Origin: Chiloscyllium plagiosum
Taxonomy: Eukaryota
NCBI RefSeq assembly: GCF_004010195.1
Contig: NC_057718.1
Coordinates: forward strand, 9,029,664-9,093,663
Direction of reading: 5' to 3'
DNA length: 64,000 nt
This document shows, in pieces, positions 61,731 to 64,000 of this stretch. The notes below the pieces were generated by a model that was not told where the DNA came from, searched no databases, and was given only the letters and a program-made list of their open reading frames with translations. The first letter of the stretch is position 1, and each line of letters opens with the position of its first letter. Made by a program: the position numbers and the translations under genes.

Positions 61731-63139
61731 CTTCCTCTTGCATTCTCATTGAACCAAGGGTGAGATCAGGAGACTTTCATTTTAATGTGGTGAGTTGTGT
61801 TGGTCTGGAATGCGCTGTGTGAAACGATGGTGGAAGCATATTCACCAGGAGCTTTCAGAAGGGAATTGGTTAGATAGTTGAAAAGAAAACCATTGTAGGG
61901 CAATGAAAGAAAAGGTGAGTGACTTTAATTGAACAGGTCTCACAAGAAATGGAGTTCTTCTGAACTGCAATCTTGTTAATTAATTAGACCTGTGAGACAG
62001 TGTAATTCCAAAACCAAACTAACAAGCCCCTGTCGAGATTAGACATCACAAGAAATCATTTTCAGGCTGGCAGTGAAAGATCCTCATAAAACTCTTGTGA
62101 TCTGCCTACAGAAATGGTCCTAGGATGATGAACGGTGTTATTGTATAACATACAAGGGAAGACAAGTGTTCTAACATACTGTGAGACTGGGGTAACTCCC
62201 GGTGGATGTTGTGGGTTAGGGAGCTGACACCGGTTCTCTTTCTGAAGCCAGGTTAAGGGGCTGTTTCTACACCTCACTGAGGCCACGCGCTGGAAAGCAA
62301 ACCCCACCAGTCCCAGAATCGTCACAACACTTAAAGATTTTGTCGAAATCTGCAAAATTCTGCAGTTTACTTGTCTTTCAGACCCAGGTTGACAGAAATC
62401 ATGGAACAGGTTCTGTACTTACCAAACATTACAATTTATTATAAGCAAGTAGACCCTAGTGATAGTAAACAGATAGGAACCATTGACATATTGCGCTAAT
62501 CCCCTTATAAATTCATCCCTACACACAAACACGCACACACTAACTCTCAGGTACACACACAAACACACACTCACACGCACACACACACACTCTCTGTTGG
62601 GAAAGGTTAAGGTGGATCAGGGACTGTGCTTTCATCACTGTTGCACCAGGTAACTAGAGTATGCTAACACGAATAACTCCTCGGCTATATCCTACAAAGG
62701 AAGCACATTATGTTACAGGGTCCCCATCCCCTATCCCTCCAAGGCCCAGTGCGTGCTCCGCTCTCCAGTCCTGTGTTCAGCTCTTGGAGGGATTGAACAA
62801 ACGTATCACAATACATTAAGATTTGATCGAAAGCAGACAGTGTCCAGAAATTGGACCTGTCCTATTACAAAGGTTCAGGCATAAGCAACAGTCTTTAAAG
62901 CTGAGATGCTTCAAATTCTCAAAGTTTGAACCGAATAGGAAGCAATTTCAGAGCTGGCCTACTTTCTGTCACTCAGGATTTACCAGAGAAATTCACTGTG
63001 GGCAGAATTTTCAGGGCTATCTCTGATGTACCTGCTCAATGTTCAGCTGTTATGGAGAACTGAACATCAGCCACAGCAGCTGGTACAGAATCTTAGCCCT
63101 TTGAAATTATTCATTTTATTTAAGGAAGTATATCATTTC

Positions 63140-63625
63140 ATTGGAGACAGTTCAGAGAAGGTCCACGAGGATGATCCCTGCTATGGAGGGATCGTCTTAA
63201 GAGGTAAGATTAAACAGGGTTGGGACTCTACCTACTGGAGCTTAGAAGAATGAGAGGTGATCTCATTGAAACATAACAGATTCTCAAGGGACTTGACAGG
63301 GTCAATGCTGAGAGGATGTTTCTCCTCATGGAAGAGTCTGGGACCAGGGGGCATAATCTCAGAATATGAGATGAGGAGGAATTTCTTCTCTCAGAGGGTT
63401 GAGAGTCTTTGGAGCTCCTTGCCACAGATAGAGCTGTGGGCGTTGAGTCCTTATGTATATTTAAGGCTGAGATAGAGAGATTCTTGATCAGTCAGGGGAT
63501 CAAGGGTTCCAGAGAAAAGGCAGGAAAGTGGACGGGAGGAATGTAGGATCAGCCACGATCCTATTGAATGGTGGAGCAGGCGTGAGGTGCCAAACGGCCT
63601 ATTCCTGTTTCTATTTCTCATTGTC
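63140..63625 (+). mobile_element. CR1 LINE 3' fragment
   Basis: RMRGDLIET, RRNFFSQRV-SLW motifs and a 3' UTR shared with about 990-1190, 4950-5110, 10805-10930 and 47980-48290 (all -). Confidence 0.85.
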
Positions 63626-64000
63626 TCCTGGTCTTAAATAATGCAGTAAAATCTTTAACCTAATGGTCAGATATAGCCTAGGTTTACAGTATCATCTGAA
63701 GCACAGGACCTCTGACAATGCAGCACTCCTTGAGTACTGCCCTGGAGTGTCAGCTTAGACATTGTCTCTCTAACCCTGCATTTAGTCTATAAAATATGCA
63801 GATATGGTCCCATTCACTTTTACGTGAGAAGAAGCAGGAAATCTCCACCTTCGCTCCAAAAACCCTAAAAGAGGCCGGTAGCCACTAAGTCAGTCATTAG
63901 GAAAGATAGGAAAGCCCAGCAAGCAGTACAGAGGTTCAATATAACATAGATACCAGATTTTTTTAAAAATTAAAAGCAGGAAATCACAGCAACCAGTAAT

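Overview
Eukaryotic, repeat-dominated DNA that is essentially non-coding (intronic or intergenic). It is almost certainly from a shark or other elasmobranch, judged from about 13 HE1-type V-SINEs and CR1 LINEs sharing their 3' tail. Three assembly gaps are present. Contents: many decayed CR1 LINEs (three long ones retain ORF1 SGNH-esterase plus EN/RT remnants), Rex1/Babar and RTE fragments, DeuSINE remnants, two related solo LTRs, a TA-flanked pogo/Tigger-like MITE, a 29-bp minisatellite, and three Penelope-like element (PLE) coding remnants. The most striking signal is that the PLE terminal repeats (at least 4-5 families, about 20 copies) carry minimal type-I hammerhead ribozyme motifs (CUGANGA / stem II / GAAA / 2 nt / UH). 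Their stems differ between families while keeping pairing, and their stem III is palindromic. Many copies occur as short, non-coding, asymmetric inverted-repeat insertions with 12-16 bp target-site duplications (TSDs). The PLE-hammerhead link itself is established biology; these particular families and their palindromic non-autonomous form may be undescribed. No host gene could be named. One plausible minus-strand exon (50898-51138) and two repeat-free candidate regulatory islands are noted. All calls are by eye, and boundaries of decayed repeats are approximate.
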